The notes beneath the pieces were generated by a model, which did no database searches, was not told the origin of the DNA, and saw only the letters and a program-made list of their open reading frames with translations. Made by a program: the position numbers and the translations under genes. A stretch of 64,000 bases of DNA from the human T2T-CHM13v2.0 reference genome, Homo sapiens: NCBI RefSeq assembly GCF_009914755.1, contig NC_060928.1, one strand, 5' to 3'. Below, one piece after another: positions 1-12,894 of this stretch. Every line of letters starts with the position of its first letter. The stretch's first letter is position 1.

Positions 1-1084
1 ATGTTTCCCAAGAGAGGCCTTCAAGCTATTTTTACCAAACATTCTCAAAGCTGTTTGCACAAATATAAACTGAGATCTCATATTTTAATTTTTGTCTTAC
101 AAATAGGACAAATTTAAGTGGCGAACTTAACTGACTTCATTATGTACAATTTATTTGCCTTCCATTTTAAACATTTAAAATTTTAGTCTTTTTTGAAATG
201 TTTGATATTTTTTGAACTGATTGTAGTTCAAACATCACTTTTGGACTTTAGGCGAGAGACCTAAATTTAAACTTTTTTAAATAAGGAAAACTCTTGAGTT
301 GTGTCATGTCCAGAATAGGTGATGAGTAAACTTGCTTTAATGATATCCACTTCAATACCATATAAATGTGGAAGTATAGGCATTTTGAGACAAAAAACAC
401 TACATTTAAATATGAGTGAACATATAAGACCTAATTAAGAATTGATTTTATTAAAGAAGGATTATTTATAGAGAGGCATTTTGATTTATCTATTTAGTTA
501 TGAGCTAAAGTTATGCTTTTATCAGAATCCTTATTTCAGATAGTATAAGAGTGTTGAAAGAAAGAGCAAATTAAGTATGTATCTGGATTATTTTTGTAAA
601 TAATGCATATATTAATTTTCCAAACTGAATTATGTGGATAACACATGTGATTTTCCTTCTCATTGTGCTTAGGTTTTTAAAAGTCCCTCAGTTGTTCTGT
701 TTTTTGTTTGTTTGTTTTATGTTTCCTTCTGGCAGTAGCATCCAATCGTTAATTATTTCCTAAAAGATTCATTTTATTTACATGCGAGTTGACTGCATGC
801 AAATATTCAAAATAGCGTCAACACTTGTAAGAAATATCTGCATAGTGCTTTTCTGCTTTTAAATTAATTTAATATACCTTATTTATTTGTACATCTCAAC
901 AAACCTATGAGATAGATATTAATAATCCTTTTTGTGTGTGTGAAACTTTTCATCAGAGTTACTTTAAGGGACTCTCCTCTTAGAAACTAAGTGGAGAGGT
1001 AACGATGTACCCTCACATATTGTGATTTTAATTCTGTTATTTCCTCTATACTATGCTGTTTTTATTTAGTGATGTCTATCATAG

Positions 1085-1220
1085 ATTCCGACACCTTACT
1101 GCCTGGCTTCAAATTCTTCCCTCATTTATTAGCTGTTTGACATTCAGCAAGTTCATTCGTCTCTCTGAGTCTTAGTTTCCTCATCTGTAACATAGAAATG
1201 ATTATAATAATATCTCCCTA
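1085..1220 (+). mobile_element. MIR SINE, 5' part (continues at ~2601-2700 after the MER45B insertion)
   Basis: MIR core motifs GCCTGGCTTCAAAT, TTATTAGCTGTTTGAC and CTTAGTTTCCTCATCTGTAA; the remainder CATAGAGCTGTTG...ATGAGTTAATACATGTGAA resumes at ~2608. Confidence 0.8.
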
Positions 1221-2600
1221 AAGGACTGGCTATGTAATTTGTATGTTCCATTACAAAATGAAAATGCAAGTTCCCTTGTTCAACAAGCAGGAAAGGATTG
1301 CAGTTAAGGTACCAAAATATAAAGCGTTTTCCTTTTGCAGTTTCCCTTGACTCATCATGATGCTTTTATTTCTACGTATTTTTCATTGTATTTAATCAAA
1401 AAAATTAAAAATTAAATTATTAGCATAAATTATATCAGCTTGCACTGTACAACTCTAGTTTCAAATATTAATACAAGTATTTAATTTGCATATGGAATTG
1501 CTGTTGCTACACAATTCTTATTCCATAGTTCATAGATGCCTATGTATTTTACCCTTGCCCAAAGTGGGGACAATGCAAAAAACTAACTCAATCGTTTTTA
1601 TTTTACTTCTTGATAAATATATATTCTACCAACACTCTTCTACCAACACTCTCTAACTATGACTTACTGATGACTAAGGAAGGATTAAAAGGAAAAGGAA
1701 AAAATGGCTCGACTTATTCCCTTTCTTGTTATGTCATCCTTTTAGCATAAATGGTTGGTTAATCCAGGGAAGTAATATGAGTAAGAAAGGATATGAAAAA
1801 ATTCCTTGGTTGCTTATGTTTTTTGGAATGCCTTTGGCTTCCTTCTGTGTTTGAAGCAAGTTTTGGTTCCAAGAGAAAGCATGGCATTTCACAGTTCTCA
1901 GTTTCTCCACTTACTCATTAGCAGATGAAACATGCTTTGTTTGTACTTGCTTTGAGTCTCATTAAACTCCTATGCTGTATTAGTCCGCTGGAACTCTGTA
2001 CTCTTGAGGGATTGTGAACATGTATGCAAATTAGGGGGCAGGGAAAAGAAGCATGATGCACCTTCTGTGCTCATGTGCATACTTTATTTTATTAGTCTGT
2101 TCTCAAGCTGCTAATGAAGACATACCTGAGACTGGGTAATTTATAAAGGAAAGATGTTTAGTGAACTCAGGGTTCTGCATGGCTGGAGAAGCTTACAATC
2201 ATTGCGGAAGTTGAAGGAGGAGCAAGGTCACGTCTTACATGAGAGAAGGCAAGAGAGATTGTGCAGGGGAACTCTGTTTATAAAATCATCAGATCTTGTG
2301 AGACTAATTCACTACCACAAGAACAGCATAGGGGAAATTGCCCGCATGATTCAATTATCTTCATCTGGGCCTGCCCTTGACATGTGGGGATTATTACAAT
2401 TCAAATTGATACTTGAGTGGGGACACAGCGAAACCATATCATTCATTATCCCATGAAACTTTACTTAAAAACACATGTTCAAAGATAACATTATTTAGAA
2501 TGTGAAAATGGTGACAGCACTTCATTATATCAAGCACAGGCCTTTCTGAGCATGACACCTTGAGCAGCTGCACAGATATTACACACATAAAGCTGGCTTG
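1221..2600 (-). mobile_element. MER45B-like hAT-Tip100 DNA transposon, interrupted by a THE1 LTR
   Basis: Left end AAGGACTGGCTATGTAATTTG..CAAAATGAAAATG..CCCTTGTTCAA and right end GGCCTTTCTGAGCA..CTGCACAG..CATAAAGCTGGCTTG match MER45 termini; ~1.0 kb net length; degenerate 8-bp flanks TCTCCCTA/TCTGCTTC. Confidence 0.75.
2088..2441 (-). mobile_element. THE1 (B/C-like) solo LTR, ERVL-MaLR
   Basis: TATTAGTC...GAGACTGGGTAATTTATAAAGGAAAG...GGGGACACAGCGAAACCATATCA; 354 bp; 5-bp TSD TTTAT/TTCAT. Confidence 0.9.
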
Positions 2601-3149
2601 TCTGCTTCATAGAGCTGTTGAAATAGTTTCATGAGTTAATACATGTGAATTATCTGGAAGAGGTCCTTCTTAGTCAACATTTAACAAATGTTGACCAATT
2701 ATTAAGTAGGCAGAGGTAACCTCTTATCCCACTATATCAAGGATATCTTAGTAAAGTTAATGAATTTATGGTATCTGGAGGATCTAAGATGAGATGAGTG
2801 ACCCCAGATTGCATACACAATAAAAAATAACAAGCCTTGTGGAAAAGGTACATAAGCTACTGAATCAAGAATCCAGCCAACGACTGGCCACACATGTTTA
2901 GCGGCACTAAAAGAAAAGCAGAACCTCTTTTAAAAGATATTTTAGATTGAAGAGTCAAGCATGGTGGTTGACATGACATGTTTGAGACAGAAAAGCCTAC
3001 GTTCTTAAACTGTATAATCTTTGAGATAGCCTGTTATGATCTTGAAAATTGGTTTTATTGCCTGTAAAAGCCAATAATAATTACATATACCTAACATTTG
3101 TTTTGAGAATTAATTCAGGGCATTCATGTTAACCATTTATTCAGTTACT

Positions 3150-3442
<293 letters not shown>

Positions 3443-4649
3443 CAGTTACTCTTAATATTGTTATGATTATCATTATTATTTAAAGTCTGATAACAATTTA
3501 ATTAGCACATTGTAAAAAACATTAGGAAGGAGGAGAGCAAATAAAAGTTAATTTAAAAAAATACAAGGATACACATGTCTAATTAAGTTAATCTCTGGTT
3601 GTTGAAAAAATTTACTAGCTATACAGAGTTAAGCAATAAATGCAACCTGTATTGTTCTCAAAATTCTAAGCCTAGTACATTCTCTTTCTGAACAGGGCTC
3701 CATGTGCCCACACTGTGGTGGTTTAATCCCTACAGTGCAGCCAATTCAGTGCCATTGTAATGCAAAACTTTATCCTGCTTTAAATAATTCACAAATGAAG
3801 TGATAAAAGAAAAAAGTAATTCATGCATCAGAGATTATATCAAGTTCTAGGAAAAGGACATAAACAATAAAACATGAAAACTTTGATTTCCCATATCTCT
3901 TTTGGAATACATATCACCTAATCTAAAGTTATTGACAATATTTTATCTGTTCCTCCAAAAGAGAGAGAAAATAGCACTAAATTGTTCAAATGATTTTTTT
4001 CTTTAATCTTACAATTCTTAGATTTTTGTGTGCAATGCCATGTTCTTATTTTCTTTTAATTCACCAGTGATATGTTTCCTCACTTCACACCTGAATCTGC
4101 CTTTTGGTATTCTATTCAGGGATCTTCCATTTGATCTGATTTCTTTCAACCTTTCACTCAATCAAGTAATGTTCTCATTTTGAAATGCTAATGTTCAACT
4201 TTATACAGCAGTTAGTTGAGAACCTGTGACAATTGCACTTAGCCTATGGTAAATATTTTAATTTTTTAAAGGTCCCTTGCCTTAGCATTTAATAAACTAT
4301 CTCAGCTAATACAGAATAACACAATACTTTAAAATTATTGTATTTTTTATTTTATATTGTTCATGGGTTATTTAGAACTCCTTTCTCCCTAAATATCACA
4401 GTTTTATATAATCACATTAATATCTCCAAATAAGTACAAATTCAATAAAGCGATTGATAAACATTTTTAGTAGCTAATAGTTTAACAAATAATTTTTAAA
4501 TTTATAAACCTATGGAATGTTGTTCTCTCTCTTTTTTTTTCTCAAGAAGTCAGAAAGTTTAGAGGACTTAATTGTTTTACTAGGCCATGAGAGAATTCAA
4601 AACATTTTAATAAAATTGCAGTACTCAACAGTCTATTAGAAGTTACATC

Positions 4650-4755
4650 GTTTACTTATTCAAGTCTTGTTTATAGATAATCTATGTATAAATGATGCAG
4701 AATATGGGTATTTAGTGGTGAACAAGTCAGAAATGTTTGTCTTTGTAGTGCTTCT
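4650..4755 (-). mobile_element. L2 3'-end fragment
   Basis: TTTACTTATTCAAG...TAGTGGTGAACAAGTCAG resembles a decayed L2 tail. Confidence 0.4.
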
Positions 4756-4979
4756 TTAGAATTGACTTATTTGCTCATTTCATAATCATCCTTAGGTTAT
4801 TTGAATTAATGCGTTATAAAGTCTCTCATTTAACATTATCATTAACATATATGTCACCTGAACATGCATGCATAAATATTTTTTGAAAATTTATTTCAAT
4901 CATAAAATATATTAGGGTAAAAATTTTTGTATCCAAGCCTGGTGTTATAACTCTTTGTTTTAGAATTTGGTACTGAAAA

Positions 4980-5015
4980 AGAGAGAAAAGAGAGAAAGAG
5001 AGAGAGAGAGAGAGA
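4980..5015. repeat. GA-rich microsatellite
   Basis: Direct read: GAGAGAAAAGAGAGAAA(GA)n. Confidence 0.9.
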
Positions 5016-6289
5016 GGAACACTGTGCAATGCTTAATTCATTCAATTTAAAGTTTTTATTCCCAAATGCGTGACTGTGGTTATTTCACATTTTGTTATTA
5101 AAATATATTTCCTTTCAAGAAATGATGGTGATCTAGATAGTAGATTTGCATATATATATATAAATTATACACAGGGCTACTCCATTTAAAAACAATTTTT
5201 TCTTTCAATTCAAAGCAAATAGGCAGGAAAATAGTTACCTCATAAGAATGAAACAGTTTTGTGGGTTAAATGAGTTTGTAAATGGAATAATTAGCCACTA
5301 TTTTACAGGTAAGTTTTATGTGATCATTGCCATAGACATAAAGTTAAGGACAAGTAATTTTGGAGCACTAACTCAAATTAACGTTCAATCTCTAATAGCT
5401 TAAGTCAGTTTTACAGATACATACACTCATGCCAACATTCTCTTAAAATAATTATAATTAGGCTACTAGAAGACCAGTCATATTTAATTAGGCATATGGC
5501 CCTGATGGCCTACTTGAGAATTTGAATACTGGCATGTTTGGTTGGCACAAAAAGATATGGGATAAAGCCAAGCCCTTTTCATACACATGAAAAGTGCCAC
5601 ATTCATGATCTCTACACTGTCTGTCAGATATTACTGAGATGGAAAATGGAGTAAGGTTAAATGTTTTCTCTCAAATTAAAAGAAGATTAAGCCAAACAAA
5701 AGGTCTAATTATCTCGTGAAACAACATAATTAGAATGATTTATGCAAAAGTACAAAATATTCTATTTCAAGCAACACATTAATGTATATGTCACAGTGGA
5801 AGTTCACCATGATGCCTACTTCATATACCGTAATTTAGAAATTTAAACAATCACTTAAAACCTATTTTCCCAGCCAGATATACTATATTGTTATATTTCC
5901 GTGATTTTAAGCACATCTTTCTGGCAGGTTTAGAGTGAGCAGGATAAAGAGTGACAAGGGACCTCACTCCAGAACCTGTTCATTATAAATATAAATTTAG
6001 TAAGCAAGTCATGTGACAGAATTTCTCATATCAATATTTTTTATTCTCAAATTCCTCTAACATTATCTTTCTATGCTTTTCTCCTGCTTCCAATGACTTT
6101 GATCAGATATCAGAATGTCTCAAATTTTTCTTTCTAAACCCATTTTTGCTATTTCTCCTTGCAAAATACCTTAGCCAATAGCAAACTGGCCTCAGTGTCG
6201 CTCCCATAACATAGCAACACTTTTCCCATTGGTGCTTCATTTTTTTCCTCCTAATTTCTCTTTCAGTTACCAGTTCAACAGGGCTGGAA

Positions 6290-6510
6290 GCAATGGAATA
6301 TAGTGGCTAGAGTGAGACTTCTTGAATTTGAATCCTGGCCCTATTACTCACCAAATGGGTGGTATGCCAACATCTATCAAAGCCTCAGTATCTTTGTCTA
6401 TAAATTATGGTATGAAAGCTACAGTGAGGAATACCTGAGATAATACAAAAACATCTTGCAAAGCAATGCCTGACACATAGTAAACATACAAAAGTTTAGC
6501 AATTATTATT
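6290..6510 (+). mobile_element. MIR SINE
   Basis: TTTGAATCCTGGCCCT, GCCTCAGTATCTTTGTCTATAAA, TGCCTGACACATAGTAAACA, ATTATTATT tail. Confidence 0.8.
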
Positions 6511-6542
6511 GCCTATCGATATCCTGTTTATCCTCAAACCCC

Positions 6543-6831
6543 TAAGGGATACCAGAATACACCATCTCAAAATACGTCTCTGACACCAGGACTTTAGAGC
6601 TGAAGGCAATTAAAAAGAAACAGACGAAGGAAAGCTCTCTGCCTCCCTTTTATTTTCCTAAAAGTAGTACATAAATCTACATAAACAAAATATGTATCCC
6701 CCCACCCCTTTTCTACCATGGAGAACAGAAGTTAACTACTTAATACAACTTCAGACCCTTATGGGCCTGGAAATGGCAACAGAGGAATCTACTCTAACAA
6801 GCTTTACTAACTATCCTTTATCTGCTGGAAT
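6543..6831 (+). mobile_element. MER34-family ERV1 LTR, 5' half only
   Basis: CCAGAATACACCATCTCAAAATA..GAGCTGAAGGCAATTAA..GGAAAGCTCTCTGCCTCCC matches the MER34/MER39-group 5' end. Confidence 0.75.
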
Positions 6832-7431
6832 TTGTAGAGAAAGAAATTGTATTTTTATTTCCCACAGCCCTCATAAGTCATTAGTTGGAATGGACCCCTG
6901 TAACAAAAGACAGAATAAAAAGAGAAAACCAAACAGAAGTTTGTTAACATATGTATTTCAAATATACATGGAAGACACCTAGGGAATGCATAGTTCTCAA
7001 AGAGGTAGCTTCGAATTCCAGCTCAGATAACATCTTCAACAAGGAATAGTAAACATTTAGAGCGACAAGGCAATGGAAAAGGTCTTTGAATCTCTAAGGG
7101 TGGTACCTTGGGGGGAAGGCAAATCACTGGCAGATAAAGGCTAGTTCCTAAAGCTTGTTAATGTAGACACGCCAGTGCCATATCCAGGCCCCTGGTGCCA
7201 CCTCCAGGCCCATAAACATTTAACGTTGTCTTAAGTGTTTAACCGTTATTCTCCACGGTAAGAAGTGGGGGGGTGGTATACCTTTTGTCGTTGTAAATTT
7301 ATGTCCTGCTTTTAGATAAACAGATATAAAACAGAAGAATTTCTTTCATCCATTTCTTCTTAATTGCCTTCAGATCAACAGTTCTTATGCCAAAGAGGCA
7401 CATTTTAGAGTGGCATATTTGGTCTCCTACA
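6832..7431 (-). mobile_element. MER34-family ERV1 LTR, complete
   Basis: TG...CA termini (TGTAGAGA...GGTCTCCTACA); the reverse complement starts TGTAGGAGACCAAATATGCCACTCTAAAATGTGCCTCTTTGGCATAAG. Confidence 0.8.
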
Positions 7432-7944
7432 ACCTCATGAACACTGCTTTCAACACCATCAACTTGATAATTCTTCCTATGCTCTGATATGCTATTCACC
7501 TTTAGTTCTTCTGTGGTTTCGATATTCATCTTTGTGTTATGATGATCTCTATGCCAGTATTTGCTCCTTAATAGATTTTAACTTTTTTAGGATACAGCTT
7601 GTGTCTTATTTCTTTATAAAATTTGAAGGTATATTTGCATGATAAATATTTGGTAAAATGAAAAATATAAGGTCCAAAATTTGCAATGATATATTTGTCA
7701 CTGAAACTTGCAATGGCATATAACCTGCTATTATTTGCTCTGGTGCACATATGTAATTATTCTTTCTTTGGCCATATGGCAGAGGGGGCAAGTTTCTTGT
7801 TACTTGTTTCCCAGATGTTGTAACAAATGCATGCAAGATAGCAAGGTTACAAACTACTGATGGTTCTGCAAGTGAAAGAAATAAATCCTGTTAATATGGG
7901 GTCAATGGGAGAGTTATAGATAGTACCAATTATCCCATGATTGG

Positions 7945-8305
7945 GGCTGTTTACACATAAACTAGTTCTCCTCCTTCTGGGTACGGGGCAAGATTTCACA
8001 TCTCACCCATTCTGAAGGTAAGCATTTCCAGGTGACCTATTGTGGTCAATGAAATATTAATCATGTGGCATGTCTTATGTCCTGATGAAGGTCTTAGGGG
8101 CTGACATGTACCTTACACCAGCTGCTGTCGTTAACCTGAGAGAAAGCCTCTGTGAGCCTGAGTCCCTGACTGATTACTGGGATCAAAATTCCTACCCCTG
8201 CCCTCATGCACCTGTATTAAAATATTATTTGAGAGAAGAATAAATCTTTTTTGATTAAGCCATTAACTTTTTTTCTACAGCATAACCTAACATCCTGATT
8301 AAACA
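7945..8305 (+). mobile_element. Old MLT1-type (I/J-like) MaLR LTR
   Basis: GGTCAATGAAAT, AGCCTGAGTCCCTGA, GAGAAGAATAAATCTTT..TTAAGCCA, CAGCATAACCTA..CCTGATTAAACA 3' end. Confidence 0.65.
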
Positions 8306-8369
8306 TTAACTTTCCTCAGATTTTAGGTACTTGGCACCATAGGGAACGATACTGCCCCAGTAATATCAC

Positions 8370-11098
8370 TGTATTAGTCCATTCTGATGCTGCTAGAAGA
8401 AATACCAGAGACTGAGTAATTTATTTTAAAAAAAAGAGGTTTAATTTACTCAAAGTTCCACATGACTGGGGAGGCCTCAGGAAACTTACAATCATGGCAG
8501 AAGGCCCCTGATAGTGTTTAGTTTCATGGGGTCTGCCCACAAAACCATTTTTCCCTCCTAGATTTCTGGGCCTCTGTGTCCCCATCCAAATCTCATCTTG
8601 AATTGTAGTTCTCATAATCCCAAGTGTAGTGAGATGGACCTGGTGGGAAGTACTTGAATCATGAAGGCAGGCTTTTCCCATGCTGTTCATGTAATGGTGA
8701 ATAAGTCTCATGAAATCTGATGGCTTTATAAAGGGCGGTTCCCCTGCACATGCTCTCTTTTCTGCCACCAGGTAAGATGTAACTTTGCTCCTCCTTCACC
8801 TTCCACCATGACTGTGAGGCCTCCCCAGCCATTTGGAACTGTAAGTCCATTAAATCTCTTTTTAAAATAAATTACCCAGGCTCTGGTATTTCTTCATAGC
8901 GGTATGAAATGGACTAATACAGCAACTCTTCACAGGGTGTCAGGGGAGAGAATAAGTGCAAGCAAGGGAAATGCCAGACACTTAAAACCACCAGATCTTG
9001 TGAGACTCATTCATTATCATGAGAACAGCATGGGGGAAACCAATCCCTTGATTCAATGACCTCCACCTGATTTCTCTCTTTACACGTGGGGATTATGGGG
9101 ATTGCGATTCAAGGTGAGATTTGGATGGGGACACAGTCAAACCATATCATTCTGCCCCAGGCTCCTCCCAAATCTTATTTCCTCACATTTCAAAATACAA
9201 TCATAACCTTCCAACAGTTCTGCAAAGTCTTAATTCATTCCAGCGTTAACCCAAAAGTCCAAGTCCAAAGTCTCATCAGAGACAAGGCATGCCCCTTCCA
9301 TTTATGAGCTTGTAAAATCAAAAGCAAGTTAATTACTTTCTAGATACAATGAGGGTACAGACATTGGGTAAACATGCCCATTCCAAATGTGAGAAATTTG
9401 ACAAAACAAAGGGGCTGCAGGCCCCATGCAAGTCCAAAATACAGCGAGGAAGTCAAAACTTAAAGCTCCAAAATCATCTCCTTTGACTCCAGAGCTTACA
9501 TCCAGGTCATGCTCATGCAAGAGGTGGGCTCCCAAATGGCCTTGGGCAGCTCTGCCCCTGTGGCTTTGCAGGGTACAGCCCCCGCTCTTGGCTGCTTTCA
9601 TGGGCTGGCATTGAGTGAAGCTTTTCCAGGCACACAGTGCAAGCTGTCAGTGGACCTACCATTCTGCGGTCTGGAGGATGGTGGCCCTCTTCTCACCACT
9701 CCAGTAGGCAGTGCCTCAGTGGGAGCTCTGTGTGGGAGCTCCAATCTCACATTTCCCATTTGCATTGCCCTAGTAGAGTTTCTCCATGGGGCTCTACTCC
9801 TGCAGCAAACTTCTGCCTGGACAACCAGATGTGTCCTTACATCCTTTGAAAGCTAGACAGAGATTCCTAAACCTCAATTCTTGACTTCTGTGCACCCTCA
9901 AGCTCAACACCACATGTAAGCTGCCAAGGCTTGGGGCTTGCACCCTCTGAAGCAATGGCCAGAAATGTACCTTGACCCCTTTTAGCCACGACTGGAGCTG
10001 AAGCAGCTGGAACATAGGGCACCAAGTCCCAAGGCTGCACACAGTTGGGGGAACCTGGGTCTACCCATGAAACCATTTTTCTTTGCTAGAACTCTGACCT
10101 TCTGATGGAAGGGGCTGCCTTGAAAATATCTGACATGCCCTGGAGACATTTTCCCCATTGTCTTGGTGATTAACATTTGGCTCCTCATTACTTATGCAAA
10201 TTTCTGCAGCTGGCTTGAATTTCTCCCCAGAAAATAGTTTTTTCTTTTCTATTGCATCACCAGGTTGCAAATTTTCTGAACTTTTATGCTCTGCTGCTTC
10301 TTGAATGCTTAAATTTTCTGTCTGACACCCTAAATTATCCCTCTTAAATTCAAAGTTCCATAGATCTCTAGGGCAGGGACAAAATGTCACCAGTCTTTTT
10401 GCTAAAGCGTAGCAAGAATCACCTTTATTCCAGTGCCCAATAAGTTCCTCATCTCCATATAAGACCACCTCAGCCAGGATTTCATTGTTTATATCACTAT
10501 CAGCATTTTGGTCAAAGCCATTCAACAAGTCTCTAGGAAGTTCCAAACTTTCCCAAATTTTTCTGTCTTTGGGCCCTCCAAGTCTCTAGGAAGTTCTTAA
10601 CTTTCCCACAATTTGCTGTCTTCTTCTGAGCCCTCCAAACTGTTCCAGCCACTGCCTGTGGACTGCAGTTCCAGAAGTGCTTCCACATTTTCGGGTGTCC
10701 TTATAGCAGGGCCCCACTCCCTCAATACCAATTTACTGTATTAGACTGTTCTCTCATTGCTATGAAGAAATATCCAAGACTAGGTAATTCATAAAGAAAA
10801 GAGCTTTAATTGACTCATAGTTCAACATGGCTGGGGAGTCCTCAGGAAACTTACAATCATGGGGGAAGGTACCTCTTCACAGGACTGCAGGAGAGAATGA
10901 GTGCAAGCAAGGAAAATGCCAGACACATATAAAACTATCAGCTCTCATGAGACTCACTCATTATCATGAGAACAGCATGGGGGAAACTGCTCCCAGATTC
11001 AATTAACTCCACCTGGTTCCACCTTTGACAGAAGGGGATTATGGGAATTTACAATGCAAGGTGAGATTTGGGTGGGGACACAGAGCCAAACCATATCA
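8370..11098 (-). mobile_element. Full-length THE1D-like MaLR provirus: 3' LTR 8370-9149 (interrupted), internal 9150-10736, 5' LTR 10737-11098
   Basis: Two homologous LTRs (TGTATTAG...CCATATCA) with the THE1D-type GAAGGTACCTCTTCACAGG..AAATGCCAGACAC segment; ~1.6-kb internal giving typical MaLR-int pseudo-ORFs (e.g. 10061-10546); TSD ATCAC/ATCCC. Confidence 0.92.
8509..8921 (+). mobile_element. THE1 (B/C-like) solo LTR nested in opposite orientation inside the THE1D 3' LTR
   Basis: TGATA...GGACTAATACA; the host LTR resumes in register; flanks GCCCC/GCAAC are consistent with a duplicated GCACC. Confidence 0.88.
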
Positions 11099-11531
11099 AT
11101 CCCTCTTACTGTTTTTAACACCACCAACATCAACAGCAGCTACTTTTAGCATGTGTTTTAGAGTACTTGCTGTGAGACAGATTAACTTGTTTAAGTTTTT
11201 CCCAATTTCTATGAGATAGATAACGATATAAACAGATATTGTTATCGTATTGAACACTTACTATTTGAATACTTACTATTTGAATGGGATTGTAATTACC
11301 CTCCTGAAATTAGGAGAACAGCTTGAAGAGAAAGGCAGAGGGTGCCCTGGCATGACTATCTAGAGATAGGAGTTGTACAAATTCTCTACTGAAAATCATT
11401 AGTCAGCATAACTTCGAACAAATTTTTTCAGGGATAAAGAACTGGAAACCTAGAACACAGATGGAATATAAACATTACTTTGCAACAATGAGAAGTATAA
11501 TTCAAATTCAAAATAGGGGAAATTTTGTTTC

Positions 11532-11677
11532 TTTTTTTTTTTTTTTTTTTTTGAGATGGTCCCACTCTGTTGCCCAGGCTGGAATGCAGTGGCACAATCA
11601 CCTCCTGGGCTCAAGTAATTCTCTCACCTCAGTCTCCTGAGTAGCTGGGACTACAGGTGTGCTCTGCCATGCCTGGC

Positions 11678-11714
<37 letters not shown>

Positions 11715-11858
11715 ATTTGTGTGCGTGTGTGTGTGTGGAGATGAGGTTTCGCCATGTTGTGCAGGCTGGTCTTGAACTCCTGGGCACAGTTCAAGTAATC
11801 TGCCTGCCTTAGCCTTCCAAAATCCTGGGATTACAGGCATCAGCTACTGCAGCAGGCT
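11532..11858 (-). mobile_element. AluJ with (TA)n(TG)n microsatellite in the central linker
   Basis: Poly-T, CCTCCTGGGCTCAAG (J-type), linker expanded at ~11684-11736. Confidence 0.9.
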
Positions 11859-12544
11859 ACAATTTTATATTTTATAAGATTATAAAGTTATAAAATATGT
11901 GATGTCATCACAAACCAAGAGCAAATGTGAACAAATTTTTAGATCGTTATTGGCTTTTAAAATTTTCAGAACTTATTTTTATTGAAAATTGTTACACTAT
12001 TGTGGAATAGATAGTTTATAAGTCTGAGAGTTCAAGTTTTGAGTTAATTCTTGGTTCTTCTCCAAGAGAGCTATGTAATATTGAGATCTTATTTTCTTTT
12101 CAAATAAGTTTCTTAATCGATCAAATATTATAAACGAACTTCATAATTTTGGGGTGAAGGGTAGAAAAAAATAAAATTGAACAAGAAAATTTAGTTTCAT
12201 AACTGGTGCCTTTTTAAAACTCCTTCATGTATTTAATAATATTTATTAAGAGCCTCTTATTCTGTCTAGTCCATCCCTATAATTTTCTCCAAGATGTTGT
12301 TAAATGAACTCTTCAGATCCATTCACACTCACTAGTGCTGCTTTTATTTTCTGCCAAGGTGGCTCTTATACTCTTTGGCAGGATCTCATAGCAAAGTGTA
12401 AATGAAGGTGGCCAGGTTTACTGTAAAAAGCATTCACCTGGTTACAATAATAGGCAGACATACGCTATATCAGACTGCAATAATTCATGTGAATTCAAGT
12501 CAGATAAAGAAGAGCATGTCTGTCTGTGTCTTAGACACATGTAT

Positions 12545-12582
<38 letters not shown>

Positions 12583-12583
12583 A
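12545..12583. repeat. (CA)n microsatellite
   Basis: Direct read. Confidence 0.95.
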
Positions 12584-12894
12584 TCAAAACTCATGGATAA
12601 AAACATGTTGATTTTATCAACCCCCTCCTAAATTTTTATGACAATTTGAAAAAAATGACAACAAACATAAGAGTTGTTTTTATCAGAAGACTGCTTATTA
12701 ATTTCCCTTTCTCTATGGGAGAGAACGATAATTGAAGCTACAGGCAATAGGTCAGATTAAAATAAAAAGTAATTTTTAATTTTTAACATTGTGAAAGAGA
12801 TTTATAAAGGAAGTAAGGTACTCTATAATATCCTAGTCTTTGGACTTTCTGTATATTTAGTTTGTAATACTTAGCTATTACATGCTTGGATAGC

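Noticed and set aside
798-2031. Several octamer ATGCAAAT/ATTTGCAT motifs
   Set aside because: Expected by chance in AT-rich DNA, and partly inside MER45B.
9329-10546. Cluster of overlapping ORFs
   Set aside because: Decayed THE1-internal sequence.
10527-10638. ~53-bp tandem duplication in the THE1 internal region
   Set aside because: I recall this duplication as a feature of THE1-int subfamilies, so it is probably not locus-specific; unverified.
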